In this document: in pieces, positions 17,662 to 26,230 of the stretch
Position numbering within the stretch: position 1 is the stretch's first letter
How the letters are laid out: every line of letters starts with the position of its first letter
Assembly: GCA_022601445.1 (NCBI GenBank)
Contig: JAJACP010000009.1
Span: forward strand, 598-64,597
Reading direction: 5' to 3'
Origin: Chlamydiales bacterium
GTDB taxonomy: Bacteria > Chlamydiota > Chlamydiia > Chlamydiales > JAAKFR01
DNA length: 64,000 nt
Notes under the pieces: generated by a model
What the model saw: only the letters and a program-made list of their open reading frames with translations
Told to the model about the DNA's origin: nothing
Database searches by the model: none
Position numbers and translations under genes: made by a program

Positions 17662-18159
17662 TTATTCCCCTGACTCTCTCCGCTCTTTTCTCTCTTGGGC
17701 GTGTCGGATACGGTTTCTGCGACGTAAATCGGCCTCTTCGTAACGGTGCTTTTCTGCCTCGGTCTCTGGAATCACAGGAGGAACCTGTGTGGGTCGGTTG
17801 TGTGCATCAAGAGCAACGAAGGTGAAGTAGGCAGAAACAATGTGACGATGCTCGCGCGTAGAAAAATTTTCTGCTACGACACGAATCCCCACCTCCATGG
17901 AGCTTGTCCAGGCGCGATTGATGGAGGCTTTGAAAATCAAGATTTCCCCGACGTAAGCAGGGGATAAAAAATGCAGAGCATCAACCGAAACGGTGGCGCA
18001 AATGTGCTCGCCATGCCGCTCGGCCACGACAAGCGCGACCCTGTCAAGCATGCTCATCACTAGCCCACCAAAGAGCGTTCCATTTGTGTTTAAGTCATTT
18101 GGAAAGACTTTGTGGGTGTGGTTTTCGACGGCTGTTGAGGCGACTGTTTTCCCTTGCAT
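17662..18159 (-). CDS. Acyl-CoA thioesterase (hotdog fold, YciA/acyl-CoA hydrolase type)
   Basis: 165 aa. [22 protein letters not shown] motif. Basic and acidic C-terminal tail. Confidence 0.8.
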   Translation of the reverse strand: MQGKTVASTAVENHTHKVFPNDLNTNGTLFGGLVMSMLDRVALVVAERHGEHICATVSVDALHFLSPAYVGEILIFKASINRAWTSSMEVGIRVVAENFSTREHRHIVSAYFTFVALDAHNRPTQVPPVIPETEAEKHRYEEADLRRRNRIRHAQERKERRESGE

Positions 18160-18665
18160 ATCTCTACGAAATAGTGATGGATGCAGGGGTCATTTGTCAA
18201 CTCCGGATGAAAGGTGGTGGCTAAATAATTTCCCTGACGGACCATAACAGGGGTGTCGGCCAAAACCTGCACTTCTGCAGAGTGAATGGATTCTATGCGA
18301 GGGGCGCGGATAAAAAGGGCATGCACTGTATGGGGTTTATCCAGGTAGACGGTTAGGTCTTTTGAAAAGGAGTGGGCCTGGGGCCCGTAGGCGTTTCGTT
18401 CTACGGTGATGTCCAAAAGTCCAAGATGGGCCATCAAGATCATTCCAGCGCAGGTGCCAAAGATGGGTTTTTTGTAAGAAGCTAAAGGAAGTGTGTTGAG
18501 AGAGTGCATGACAGTCGATTCTCCGCCAGGTAGAATAAGCCCATCACACACCTCTAAGTCGGTCTGAGTACGCACTTCAAGCGACTCGACTCTTAAGCGC
18601 TGGAGCACCTCAAGGTGTTTGGCAAACGCTCCTTGCAAAGCTAATACACCAATTTTACCAACCAC
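18090..18665 (-). CDS. pdxT: Pyridoxal 5'-phosphate synthase, glutaminase subunit PdxT
   Basis: 191 aa. [19 protein letters not shown] (catalytic Cys) and TTFHPELT. The 3' end overlaps the thioesterase gene by 70 nt. Confidence 0.9.
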   Translation of the reverse strand: MVGKIGVLALQGAFAKHLEVLQRLRVESLEVRTQTDLEVCDGLILPGGESTVMHSLNTLPLASYKKPIFGTCAGMILMAHLGLLDITVERNAYGPQAHSFSKDLTVYLDKPHTVHALFIRAPRIESIHSAEVQVLADTPVMVRQGNYLATTFHPELTNDPCIHHYFVEICKGKQSPQQPSKTTPTKSFQMT

Positions 18666-19533
18666 GGTGGGCCATGAGCTCCTCTTTTGCCAGTTGTCGA
18701 ATGTCTACTCCATCCATCCCTTCGAGAAGACCTTCTGAGGCCTTAGCGAGCATGGAAGGGTCTTGAAAATAGGTGGTGGCCATGACAATCGCACGAGCCC
18801 GTTTTTCAGGATCTTCAGACTTGAAGATGCCCGAGCCGACAAAAACGGCTTCAGCGCCGAGTTGCATCATGAGGGCAGCATCTGCTGGTGTGGCAATCCC
18901 GCCAGCAGAGAAATTCGGAACAGGGAGCTTGCCTTCTTTCGCCACTTGGCAAACTAGATGATAGGGAGCGCCTAATTGTTTGGCCTCACTCATCAATTCT
19001 GCAGAATCGAGGGTAGTCAAACGGCGGATTCCACTTTGAATGGCGCGCATATGACGCACGGCCTCGACGATGTTGCCGGTGCCCGGCTCTCCTTTTGTGC
19101 GCATCATCGCAGCGCCCTCACCAATGCGTCTTAGTGCCTCGCCCAAGTTGCGCGCACCACAGACAAAAGGGATTTTAAAGGGATGTTTGTCGATGTGATG
19201 CTCTTCGTCAGCTGGTGTGAGCACTTCACTTTCATCGATAAAGTCGACCTCAAGAGCCTCTAAGATTTGCGCCTCGACAAAGTGGCCTATACGGCACTTG
19301 GCCATCACAGGAATCGAAACGACCTCTTGAATGGAGCGGATTAAATCGGGACGGGACATGCGTGAGATGCCCCCCTCAGCACGGATGTCAGCAGGAATGC
19401 GTTCCAAGGCCATGACGGCAACGGCGCCTGCTTCCTCAGCAATTTTTGCTTGGGCGGGAGTGACGACATCCATGATCACCCCTCCTTTGAGCATTTCTGC
19501 CAAACCTACTTTTAATTCACGTTCGTTTTTCAT
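18655..19533 (-). CDS. pdxS: Pyridoxal 5'-phosphate synthase, lyase subunit PdxS
   Basis: 292 aa. [27 protein letters not shown] and [16 protein letters not shown] motifs. Confidence 0.95.
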   Translation of the reverse strand: MKNERELKVGLAEMLKGGVIMDVVTPAQAKIAEEAGAVAVMALERIPADIRAEGGISRMSRPDLIRSIQEVVSIPVMAKCRIGHFVEAQILEALEVDFIDESEVLTPADEEHHIDKHPFKIPFVCGARNLGEALRRIGEGAAMMRTKGEPGTGNIVEAVRHMRAIQSGIRRLTTLDSAELMSEAKQLGAPYHLVCQVAKEGKLPVPNFSAGGIATPADAALMMQLGAEAVFVGSGIFKSEDPEKRARAIVMATTYFQDPSMLAKASEGLLEGMDGVDIRQLAKEELMAHRGW

Positions 19534-19539
19534 AAGTTC

Positions 19540-20289
19540 CTACAAATCTGAAAAAGGATTGACGGCATCTCTAAATCCCGTCCCCTTTTTGCGTTTTTTG
19601 ATTTCAAGTCGGATTGTATAAAGGAGATCTTGATCGAAATCGGCGTGCGAGGCCCATAGAAGATATTGAAGAGGAATTTCCGAAAAAAGACGTCCTTTAT
19701 GTTTCCCAAGAGGCATGTATTTCATTTTGATTGGTTTAGAGAGAATTTCTTGGATTTGCTCAACTGTTTTGAAGCGCTGAACCAGGTGCTTAAAGACCTC
19801 TATATTCATTTTAACATCGTTGAGGGCTCTGTGGGCGGGGTCAGCGGCAATATTGAAGTGAGTAGCCAGCTGTCCCAAAGAGTTGTTGGGACTGTCTCCG
19901 TAGAGACGGGCGAGCCGCAACGTGTCAATGAAGGGTCTGGTTTTTAAGTGACAAGGAATGTGCGCACGCTCGGCTGCTCGAGAAAGCATCTCGATGTCGG
20001 AGCCAACAGCATGGCCCACAATCAAATCTTTTCCAATAAAAGAGAGAAACTCAGGCAGAAGTGTGTCGATAGAGGGTTTGTCTGCTACCATTTGGGCGGA
20101 AATGTGGTGAATAGCCAGGGCCTCTTCAGAAATGGGGCAGTCGGGCTTGACCAGCTGATCGTACTCGTCTAGCATCTCCGTGAAGGTGAAGCGGACAGCA
20201 GCCACTTCGATGATTCGATCTTTATCGAGATCAAGGCCGGTAAATTCGCAGTCGAGACAGACAAAGCGGGCCTTGTTTAACAGAGTCAA
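19540..20289 (-). CDS. DEDDh 3'-5' exonuclease (DnaQ-like) with C-terminal DUF3820-like tail
   Basis: Exo I DCEFTGL, Exo II GHAVGSDIEML, Exo III HRALNDV. The C-terminal MPLGKHKGRLFSEIPLQYLLW segment resembles the tail of chlamydial DnaQ_2-type proteins. Confidence 0.8.
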   Translation of the reverse strand: MTLLNKARFVCLDCEFTGLDLDKDRIIEVAAVRFTFTEMLDEYDQLVKPDCPISEEALAIHHISAQMVADKPSIDTLLPEFLSFIGKDLIVGHAVGSDIEMLSRAAERAHIPCHLKTRPFIDTLRLARLYGDSPNNSLGQLATHFNIAADPAHRALNDVKMNIEVFKHLVQRFKTVEQIQEILSKPIKMKYMPLGKHKGRLFSEIPLQYLLWASHADFDQDLLYTIRLEIKKRKKGTGFRDAVNPFSDL

Positions 20290-20864
20290 TCTAATACCTC
20301 GCAGATTTTGTGCATCAACTGGTTCCTTCCTTCATTTTTCACTGCAGAGTAGTGTACATGGGGCGTGTTATTTATCCTACTGAGAATCTGCTTAGTTTGC
20401 CTCGCTCGCTCTGAACGCTTTACCTTGTCGACTTTTGTTAGCACAACAATAGCAGGGATGCCGCTTGCTTCGATCCAGCTGAGCATTTGGAGATCATCGG
20501 CATTGGGAGTGCGGCGAATGTCGAGTAAAAAAAGAATCATGGAGGGGCGCTCAGCAAGGTAACTTTCAATAAGCGGCGCCCATTTTTTTCGCTCGTGCGC
20601 AGGCACTTTCGCATAGCCATAACCGGGAAGATCAGCAAAAACCAGAGCCTCGTCTAGGTGGAAAAAGTTGACAGCTTGGGTTTTTCCGGGGGTTGAGGAG
20701 GTTTTAACGAGGTTTTTTGAGCGAAAAAGATGGTTGAGGAGAGTGGATTTTCCCACGTTCGAGCGGCCCACAACAGCGATTTCAGGCTGTGTGCCAAACG
20801 AGGGAAATTGTCCCGGTTTAACAGCTGTCGTCAAAAATGTGGCATTCTGAAATTTGAATTTCAC
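20286..20864 (-). CDS. engB: Ribosome biogenesis GTP-binding protein EngB/YihA
   Basis: 192 aa. G1 GRSNVGKST, G3 DLPGYG, G4 TKVDK. Confidence 0.9.
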   Translation of the reverse strand: MKFKFQNATFLTTAVKPGQFPSFGTQPEIAVVGRSNVGKSTLLNHLFRSKNLVKTSSTPGKTQAVNFFHLDEALVFADLPGYGYAKVPAHERKKWAPLIESYLAERPSMILFLLDIRRTPNADDLQMLSWIEASGIPAIVVLTKVDKVKRSERARQTKQILSRINNTPHVHYSAVKNEGRNQLMHKICEVLD

Positions 20865-21264
20865 GTCTCTCTTCCGTTAAATGAGAGAGGGTAATCGAGA
20901 CCGCTCTCTCGGGTAAAATAGGGGCAATCCGTTCACTCCATTCCACACAGCAGATACCCCCTGCATCAAAATACTCTTCAAACCCTAAACTTAAAAACTC
21001 ATCGCAGTGGTGAAGGCGGTAGAGATCGAAGTGGTAAACAGCCTCCTGGTAGACGTTGAGGTAGGAATACGTCGGGCTCACGACGTTTTCAGGCGCCAGC
21101 CCTATCCTTCCCTCTACAATGCCTTTCACAAATGTCGTCTTGCCCGCTCCGAGCTCTCCGAATAGGCAGAGCACAGCGTTGCGCTTAAGGGTCTTTCCAA
21201 ACTCAGCTGCAAAAGCAATGGTTTCTTCAGCTGAATGGGTTATGAATCTTCGGTTTCGACCCAC
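20818..21264 (-). CDS. tsaE: tRNA t6A biosynthesis protein TsaE (YjeE ATPase)
   Basis: 148 aa. GELGAGKTTFVKG P-loop, SPTYSY and HFDLYRL motifs. Confidence 0.88.
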   Translation of the reverse strand: MGRNRRFITHSAEETIAFAAEFGKTLKRNAVLCLFGELGAGKTTFVKGIVEGRIGLAPENVVSPTYSYLNVYQEAVYHFDLYRLHHCDEFLSLGFEEYFDAGGICCVEWSERIAPILPERAVSITLSHLTEERREIQISECHIFDDSC

Positions 21265-21980
21265 TGTGTCACGTATGGATGAAAGGTTTCATCTTCGGCC
21301 AAGGTCTCAACAAAGGTTGCAATTTTTTCTTCTTGCAGGTGGTTCTGGATGAAGGTGAGAAAGGAGTCTTCGAGTTGGAATCGATTTTGGTTTTGTACTT
21401 CAACGAGCGTCAAGGGCTTCAGATAACTCTCTTTAAAGTTACGGACAACCGCCTCTTTGCTGTTATAGAGCTTTCCTGTCACTGCTGATGAGTAGACTGT
21501 TTTCGAAATGGGTTCTTTACGTGGCTTAATGTAATTTTTGATCACCTCTGGATCCTCTGAGACAAAAAATCGTTTTGCAGGGACACCTCCAATCCGTTCT
21601 TTGTTCTCTGGGCATTTTGAAACCCAGTCATAGATCGCATCTTGCGGATTGGGGTGCGTGTTATCGGCAAAGACCTTACCCGTGAAGGGGCAGATGTAGA
21701 TTTTTTTTGTCTGCTCGTTAACGGTAGGGGGGCCATACCCGATTTTGATCTCAGTTTCACGCCACACCTTGCCCTCATTTTCAAGCTTCTTGATGGCCTC
21801 CTCGGTGCTTTGGTAGATGATTTTATCTCTGACAAAGACCACAGGGCTGAGATGAAATTTATGCTCGAGGTAGTAGAGATAAGCGCCCAGGAGTTCAGGG
21901 GAGCGTCTCTCCTCTAGAAAAGATAGAAGCCCTTTTTTTACATCTGCAGAGATGGCCATTGTTGTCCTCGAATAAATCAT
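21240..21980 (-). CDS. Conserved hypothetical protein (chlamydial-type, unknown function)
   Basis: 246-aa ORF with good coding character. Lies next to tsaE, as an uncharacterised gene does in the recalled Chlamydiaceae order. No recognisable catalytic motif. The start could instead be the second Met (MAISADV). Confidence 0.6.
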   Translation of the reverse strand: MIYSRTTMAISADVKKGLLSFLEERRSPELLGAYLYYLEHKFHLSPVVFVRDKIIYQSTEEAIKKLENEGKVWRETEIKIGYGPPTVNEQTKKIYICPFTGKVFADNTHPNPQDAIYDWVSKCPENKERIGGVPAKRFFVSEDPEVIKNYIKPRKEPISKTVYSSAVTGKLYNSKEAVVRNFKESYLKPLTLVEVQNQNRFQLEDSFLTFIQNHLQEEKIATFVETLAEDETFHPYVTQWVETEDS

Positions 21981-22103
21981 TAAAAGAAAGGCAGTCTACT
22001 ACAAAAGGGCATATTCCTCAAGATCCTAAAAAATATTTGACAACAGAGGCATTGGCATGGTTGTGGCTTGGGTTTTTAAAGAAATTTTATCAGGAGTGAA
22101 AAA

Positions 22104-22445
22104 ATGAAAAGAACAATCTTGTTTTTGTTTCTAACAATAGTTCCTTTAAGCATTTATGCTTTTGGATTCTATAAACTGGATAACGTGTCAGACACGGTAT
22201 CAGATAGGAAGTGGGATGCGGCCATGGGGTTAGATACTCTTAACGATAAGGCACGGCATTTGGATCAGATGATTAGGCAGAAAAACCGTGAAATAGATGC
22301 GTTCAAAAAAGAAAAAAATAAAGAAATACAAGCTTTTGTAGAGCAAAAGAATCAGGAAATACAAGAGTTGAATAGAAAGATTCAAGATTTAGAGATTCAA
22401 AGACAAGAGCTGCTTGAACGTGCTTCACAAGAACAATCCAAATAA
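22104..22445 (+). CDS. Small secreted coiled-coil protein with 11-residue repeats
   Basis: 113 aa. Signal peptide MKRTILFLFLTIVPLSIYA. Charged helical region containing tandem QKNREIDAFKK / EKNKEIQAFVE / QKNQEIQELNR. Confidence 0.6.
   Translation: MKRTILFLFLTIVPLSIYAFGFYKLDNVSDTVSDRKWDAAMGLDTLNDKARHLDQMIRQKNREIDAFKKEKNKEIQAFVEQKNQEIQELNRKIQDLEIQRQELLERASQEQSK
22278..22409 (+). repeat. Tandem 33-nt (11-codon) repeat, three good copies plus one degenerate
   Basis: In-frame units at 22278-22310, 22311-22343 and 22344-22376, and a degenerate unit at 22377-22409. Confidence 0.7.
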
Positions 22446-22456
22446 GGTAAAAAACC

Positions 22457-22750
22457 ATGAAAAAAATGTATTTGTTTTTATGTCTTACTTTTATCCCATT
22501 GAGTCTTTCGGCAGGCGAAAAGTCTCGATTGGTACAGGGAGGGGGTGGCGGTGATAATCCGCTCTACAATAGAAGTCAGAATGACCAGAATCAAGCGAAT
22601 CAAAGGCGACGCCAAGCGCAGTTGCAGAAGGCTCGGCGGTGGCAATACAATCAGAGTCAACAGTATCACTCTCCCTCATTCGATCCTTACAATGAACGCG
22701 AAGCGCAAGATGAAGAGGAGTATGATATTCATCCCTTTGGTGGAGGGTAA
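22457..22750 (+). CDS. Small secreted Q/N-rich protein
   Basis: 97 aa. Signal peptide MKKMYLFLCLTFIPLSLSA resembles that of the upstream gene. The mature part is Gln/Asn/Arg-rich with an acidic end. Confidence 0.55.
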   Translation: MKKMYLFLCLTFIPLSLSAGEKSRLVQGGGGGDNPLYNRSQNDQNQANQRRRQAQLQKARRWQYNQSQQYHSPSFDPYNEREAQDEEEYDIHPFGGG

Positions 22751-22751
22751 T

Positions 22752-23996
22752 TCAATTACCCAGAATGTGAACGCCTTCTAGGTAGATGAGGAAAAACATG
22801 GCAATGAAAAGAGCGATGATAGCTCCTTTTCCACCCGGAAGGCACCGCTCTGTTTGGAGCTTCAGGATGTAGCGCGCTCGTACAATCAGCCATATGGGAA
22901 TCGCTGCATTAAAGATCACCTCTGCCCAACCCACTAGGTACTCTAAAAAGACGTACTCCAGAAAACGGAGGGTAAGCTTGGGGATAAAGAAGCCCATTGC
23001 AAGAATAGGAACAAAGATGGCCCCGCAGATCACAAGACGCTTTTTTCCCACTCGTTTTTCAACAGGAATGTGAAAGGCATCACCCAAAAAATCTTGCATG
23101 ACAAGGCCACATGAGACGAGCGAGGTCGCTCCAGCAAAAAAAGCGGTAAAGCGGAGGAAGTGATGAAATGGAACTTTTAACGCTTGAATCATATATCCTT
23201 TATAGACAGGCTCACCCTGCTCAAATGACTCCCAAAGAGCGGCTCGAGTTGAGGAACCAATCGCAAGCCAAAGCCAAAGAATATACATCACAAGCGGAAA
23301 AAGCATGGCCAGTACAACCATTTTCACCAGCTTTTTTTTATCTCGTTTTAGGTAGGTGGAAAGAGTAGGAATTAAGCCCTGAAAGTCAATAGCTGTCACT
23401 AAAACAGGAACTGTAAAGACAACAAGATACCACCTGTGGGCGAGCAGGTTGTCTAATTGGACTCCCTTGGAACCGGTCACCAGAACGCCGATAAATGCAA
23501 GGATAAGTCCCGCAAACAGCACAAAGTTAACCCGATCTGCTACGTATGTTCCCCAAAAAACAATGCTTCCGATCAAGAGTGCGATTCCTAAATAGATCCA
23601 GTTAATGTGGAGTTGAAGATGGAGCCAAAAACTCAAGAAGTAGGAGATAGAATCACTGGTAATCAAAAAGATGTGAACAAGAAAGGTGTAGTTGATAATG
23701 ACAAATGCAATGGTGGCAATGACCATTCCGGATTGGCCAATCAGGTTACGGCAGATGGTGATGACGTTAGCTCCCTCGGGATTAGCAAGGGTGGCCTCTA
23801 GATAAAGGAGGCCGGAAGCGAGGAGGTAGACCCAAACGATGAGTAACATCCCAACTGCTGGAAAAAAGCCAGCGGGGCCGGTAGCGGAGGGCAGAGAGTA
23901 GTAGCCTGTTCCAATACAGTAGCCAGCCAAGAGCAAAGCGGCTGAAAGTAAGCTGCCTTTTTGTTTCATAATCCTTTTAAACAACTTGTGTCTCAA
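22752..23996 (-). CDS. Aromatic amino acid permease (HAAAP family, TyrP/Mtr-like)
   Basis: 414 aa, about 11 TM. The N-terminal GTGYYSLPSATGPAGFFP motif resembles hydroxy/aromatic amino acid permeases. Confidence 0.6.
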   Translation of the reverse strand: MRHKLFKRIMKQKGSLLSAALLLAGYCIGTGYYSLPSATGPAGFFPAVGMLLIVWVYLLASGLLYLEATLANPEGANVITICRNLIGQSGMVIATIAFVIINYTFLVHIFLITSDSISYFLSFWLHLQLHINWIYLGIALLIGSIVFWGTYVADRVNFVLFAGLILAFIGVLVTGSKGVQLDNLLAHRWYLVVFTVPVLVTAIDFQGLIPTLSTYLKRDKKKLVKMVVLAMLFPLVMYILWLWLAIGSSTRAALWESFEQGEPVYKGYMIQALKVPFHHFLRFTAFFAGATSLVSCGLVMQDFLGDAFHIPVEKRVGKKRLVICGAIFVPILAMGFFIPKLTLRFLEYVFLEYLVGWAEVIFNAAIPIWLIVRARYILKLQTERCLPGGKGAIIALFIAMFFLIYLEGVHILGN

Positions 23997-24000
23997 AATG

Positions 24001-24603
24001 TCAATGGATTAATATGGCAATGAGCGCGCCCTCTTTATAGGTGATGGAAACCTCTTGCTGTTCACATTTGTTTGAAATACTGACAAAATGTTTATCTAAA
24101 GTGACATCGGATAATTCCCACTGCAACCCTTTTGAGGTGACCCCCTGAACAGGCTCACCGAGTGGAAAAAGGGATAGAGTTTGACCGACTTTGCATGTAA
24201 GCGTTGTTGATTTTTCCAAGACAAAACAGCGCTCATTATCAGATTCAAACACCATTTTCCCTGGATAGCGACAAAGAAGATAGAGGTTAGAAAGGGTGTG
24301 ATCCAGCCGCTTTCCCACTGCGCCACAAACAGTGACAGAGTGGAATGGAGCGAGATAGTCGAGCGTTTTTTCTAGATCATTTTTATTTTGATCTGGTGTA
24401 TGAATCTGTTGAACATGGTCGTATTTTTTAAGAAGCTCGGGAGAGACAGAATCGAAATCCCCCATAATAAGGTCGGGGGTTAGGTCTGCTCTTTCGCAAG
24501 CTAGTAGGCCTCCATCCACGGCAACCAATTTTTGGCTCTTTTGTACAAGTGTTTGGAGAAAAACTGGGGCCGGAGGTTGGCCATTGGCAACAATGACGAT
24601 CAT
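24001..24603 (-). CDS. Thiamine pyrophosphokinase
   Basis: 200 aa. VAVDGG, MGDFDS, KNDLEK and the C-terminal thiamine-binding domain pattern. Confidence 0.8.
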   Translation of the reverse strand: MIVIVANGQPPAPVFLQTLVQKSQKLVAVDGGLLACERADLTPDLIMGDFDSVSPELLKKYDHVQQIHTPDQNKNDLEKTLDYLAPFHSVTVCGAVGKRLDHTLSNLYLLCRYPGKMVFESDNERCFVLEKSTTLTCKVGQTLSLFPLGEPVQGVTSKGLQWELSDVTLDKHFVSISNKCEQQEVSITYKEGALIAILIH

Positions 24604-24741
24604 GAACCCATCTCACTAAATTGATTGATCATCTTTTGCCTCCTCTAGGCATCTTTTTAAGATTGTCCTCAATCCGCCCCAAAAAGGCTACTCAAAAGTA
24701 GACTAAAATCTGACGAATCAATTTAGTGAGATAGGTTCATG
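24601..24741. repeat. 141-bp element bounded by 26-bp near-perfect inverted repeats (MITE-like or 5'-UTR hairpin)
   Basis: Left arm catgaacccatctcactaaattgatt (24601-24626) matches the reverse complement of 24716-24741 at 25 of 26 positions. The single mismatch becomes a G-U pair in a minus-strand transcript. The left arm includes the ATG of the thiamine pyrophosphokinase gene. Confidence 0.8.
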
Positions 24742-24746
24742 GGAGA

Positions 24747-24775
24747 TTGAATTATTTCTCAAGAGAGACTAAACT
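24747..24775 (+). promoter_or_regulatory. Candidate sigma-70/66-type promoter for trxA
   Basis: TTGAAT (24747-24752), a 17-nt spacer, then TAAACT (24770-24775). This is followed by SD gaggag (24798-24803) and the ATG at 24808. Confidence 0.35.
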
Positions 24776-24807
24776 CTACCTTTTTAACACCCTTTTCGAG
24801 GAGAAAA

Positions 24808-25137
24808 ATGATGGCTGCTTCCGATTTTATCAAACCCTTATCAGATGACAACTTTGAGGATGGCATTTCTCAAGGAGTGGTTCTTGTCGATTTTTATGCT
24901 GATTGGTGCGGCCCGTGCCGTATGCTAACCCCCGTTGTTGAAGAGCTTGCTCAGGAAATGACAGGGAAGATGACGGTAGCAAAAGTTGATACAGACCAAT
25001 CCGTTAACGTGGCGGCAAAGTTTGAGGTGACCTCAATCCCTACTTTGATTCTGTTTAAAGATGGTCAAATTGTGAAGCGTGTTGTCGGGTTGAAAGATCT
25101 TGATGCACTACGAAGCATGGTTAACGAAGTTCTTTAA
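24808..25137 (+). CDS. trxA: Thioredoxin
   Basis: 109 aa. Active site WCGPC. Confidence 0.95.
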   Translation: MMAASDFIKPLSDDNFEDGISQGVVLVDFYADWCGPCRMLTPVVEELAQEMTGKMTVAKVDTDQSVNVAAKFEVTSIPTLILFKDGQIVKRVVGLKDLDALRSMVNEVL

Positions 25138-25561
25138 AGCCTTGCTGTCTTAGGGCTTCATAAAGAACAATGGCCACCGAGTTGGCTAAGTTTAGAGAAC
25201 GGGCTTCCGGTCTCATGGGAATGGTGTAAAAGTGCTCGCTCCATTTCTCATGCACTTCAGCTGGAAGCCCGGCCGATTCAGATCCAAAGATCAGTTGTGT
25301 GTTTTGTTCAAAACTGATTTCCGTATAAGGACGTTTTCCTTTAGTCGAAAAGAAATAAAAAGAATTTCCAGGGGCGAAAGTGTCCACGATGCTAAAGTCA
25401 AGAGCATCCCAATAATCAAGGCCGGCCCGTTTGAGTTGGCGCGAGCTGAAATTAAACCCCAAAGGGCGCACAAATGTGAGGCTCACTCCTGTTACGGCGC
25501 ACGTGCGGGCGATATTCCCCGCATTCTGCGGAATTTCAGGTTGAAAGAGAACGACTTCCAC
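25121..25561 (-). CDS. trmL: tRNA (cytidine/uridine-2'-O)-methyltransferase TrmL (SpoU/YibK family)
   Basis: 146 aa. PQNAGNIARTC, LIFGSESAGLP and SLNLANSVAIVLYE motifs. Confidence 0.88.
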   Translation of the reverse strand: MEVVLFQPEIPQNAGNIARTCAVTGVSLTFVRPLGFNFSSRQLKRAGLDYWDALDFSIVDTFAPGNSFYFFSTKGKRPYTEISFEQNTQLIFGSESAGLPAEVHEKWSEHFYTIPMRPEARSLNLANSVAIVLYEALRQQGFKELR

Positions 25562-26230
25562 TTATTTGGTCTGCGCTAAATCTTCGAAAGGGTCTGAATT
25601 GGCTTTAACAATTTCCACTTCAAAGATCAGTAGGGAGTTAGGTGGTAGATTACCTGAAATGCCGTAAGCGAGCTCCGGGTGGATGTAAAGCGTGCGCTTC
25701 TCGCCCTCTTTCATCCCAACCAAACCACGGGCAAATCCGGGGATGGATTGTTTGATTGGTAGAGGAAGAGGATCGTCGGATTGTGCAAAAACAGTTCCAT
25801 CGACAAGCGTTCCTTTGTAGTGGATAAGAGGAATAGATTCGAGATTGACCTCTTCTCCCTCTCCTGCTTGTGCAATGCGGAATTGAAGTTGAGAATCCAC
25901 CTCTTTAACGCCCGTTTCAGTCCGATTCTTGTCTAAAAAAGCGTCGGCTTCGGCCAAGTTTTTTTCTGCCGCTTGCATAAAGAGATTCTCTTGAATGGCG
26001 CAAATCGCCTGTTCGTAAGCCTCTTCACTTAAAGGAGAGGGCTTTCCTTTGCGCGCGTCGGTAATGCCTTGGACAACTTTATCAAAATTACACTCAAAGC
26101 CGGGCTGAACAAGGTGGCGGACAAGCAAGTGACCGAGGGTTTCAGAGAGTTGATCGTGGTCGATCTCTTCTGCACAAACGGGAAGACATAACGTCAGAAA
26201 AAGGAGAAGCAAGCGTTTTATTGTCATCAT
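25562..26230 (-). CDS. FKBP-type peptidyl-prolyl cis-trans isomerase (Mip-like)
   Basis: 222 aa. Signal peptide, helical N-domain, and a C-terminal FKBP domain (HYKGTLVDGTVF...IPGFARGLVGMKEGEKRTLYIHPELAYG). Confidence 0.88.
   Translation of the reverse strand: MMTIKRLLLLFLTLCLPVCAEEIDHDQLSETLGHLLVRHLVQPGFECNFDKVVQGITDARKGKPSPLSEEAYEQAICAIQENLFMQAAEKNLAEADAFLDKNRTETGVKEVDSQLQFRIAQAGEGEEVNLESIPLIHYKGTLVDGTVFAQSDDPLPLPIKQSIPGFARGLVGMKEGEKRTLYIHPELAYGISGNLPPNSLLIFEVEIVKANSDPFEDLAQTK

Noticed and set aside
24604-24807. Possible TPP (THI-box) riboswitch upstream of the thiamine pyrophosphokinase gene
   Set aside because: I read both strands for the conserved THI-box cores (CUGAGA and ACCUGAUCUGGAUAAUGCCAGCG-like) and found neither. 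The structure present is a simple long inverted repeat, reported separately.
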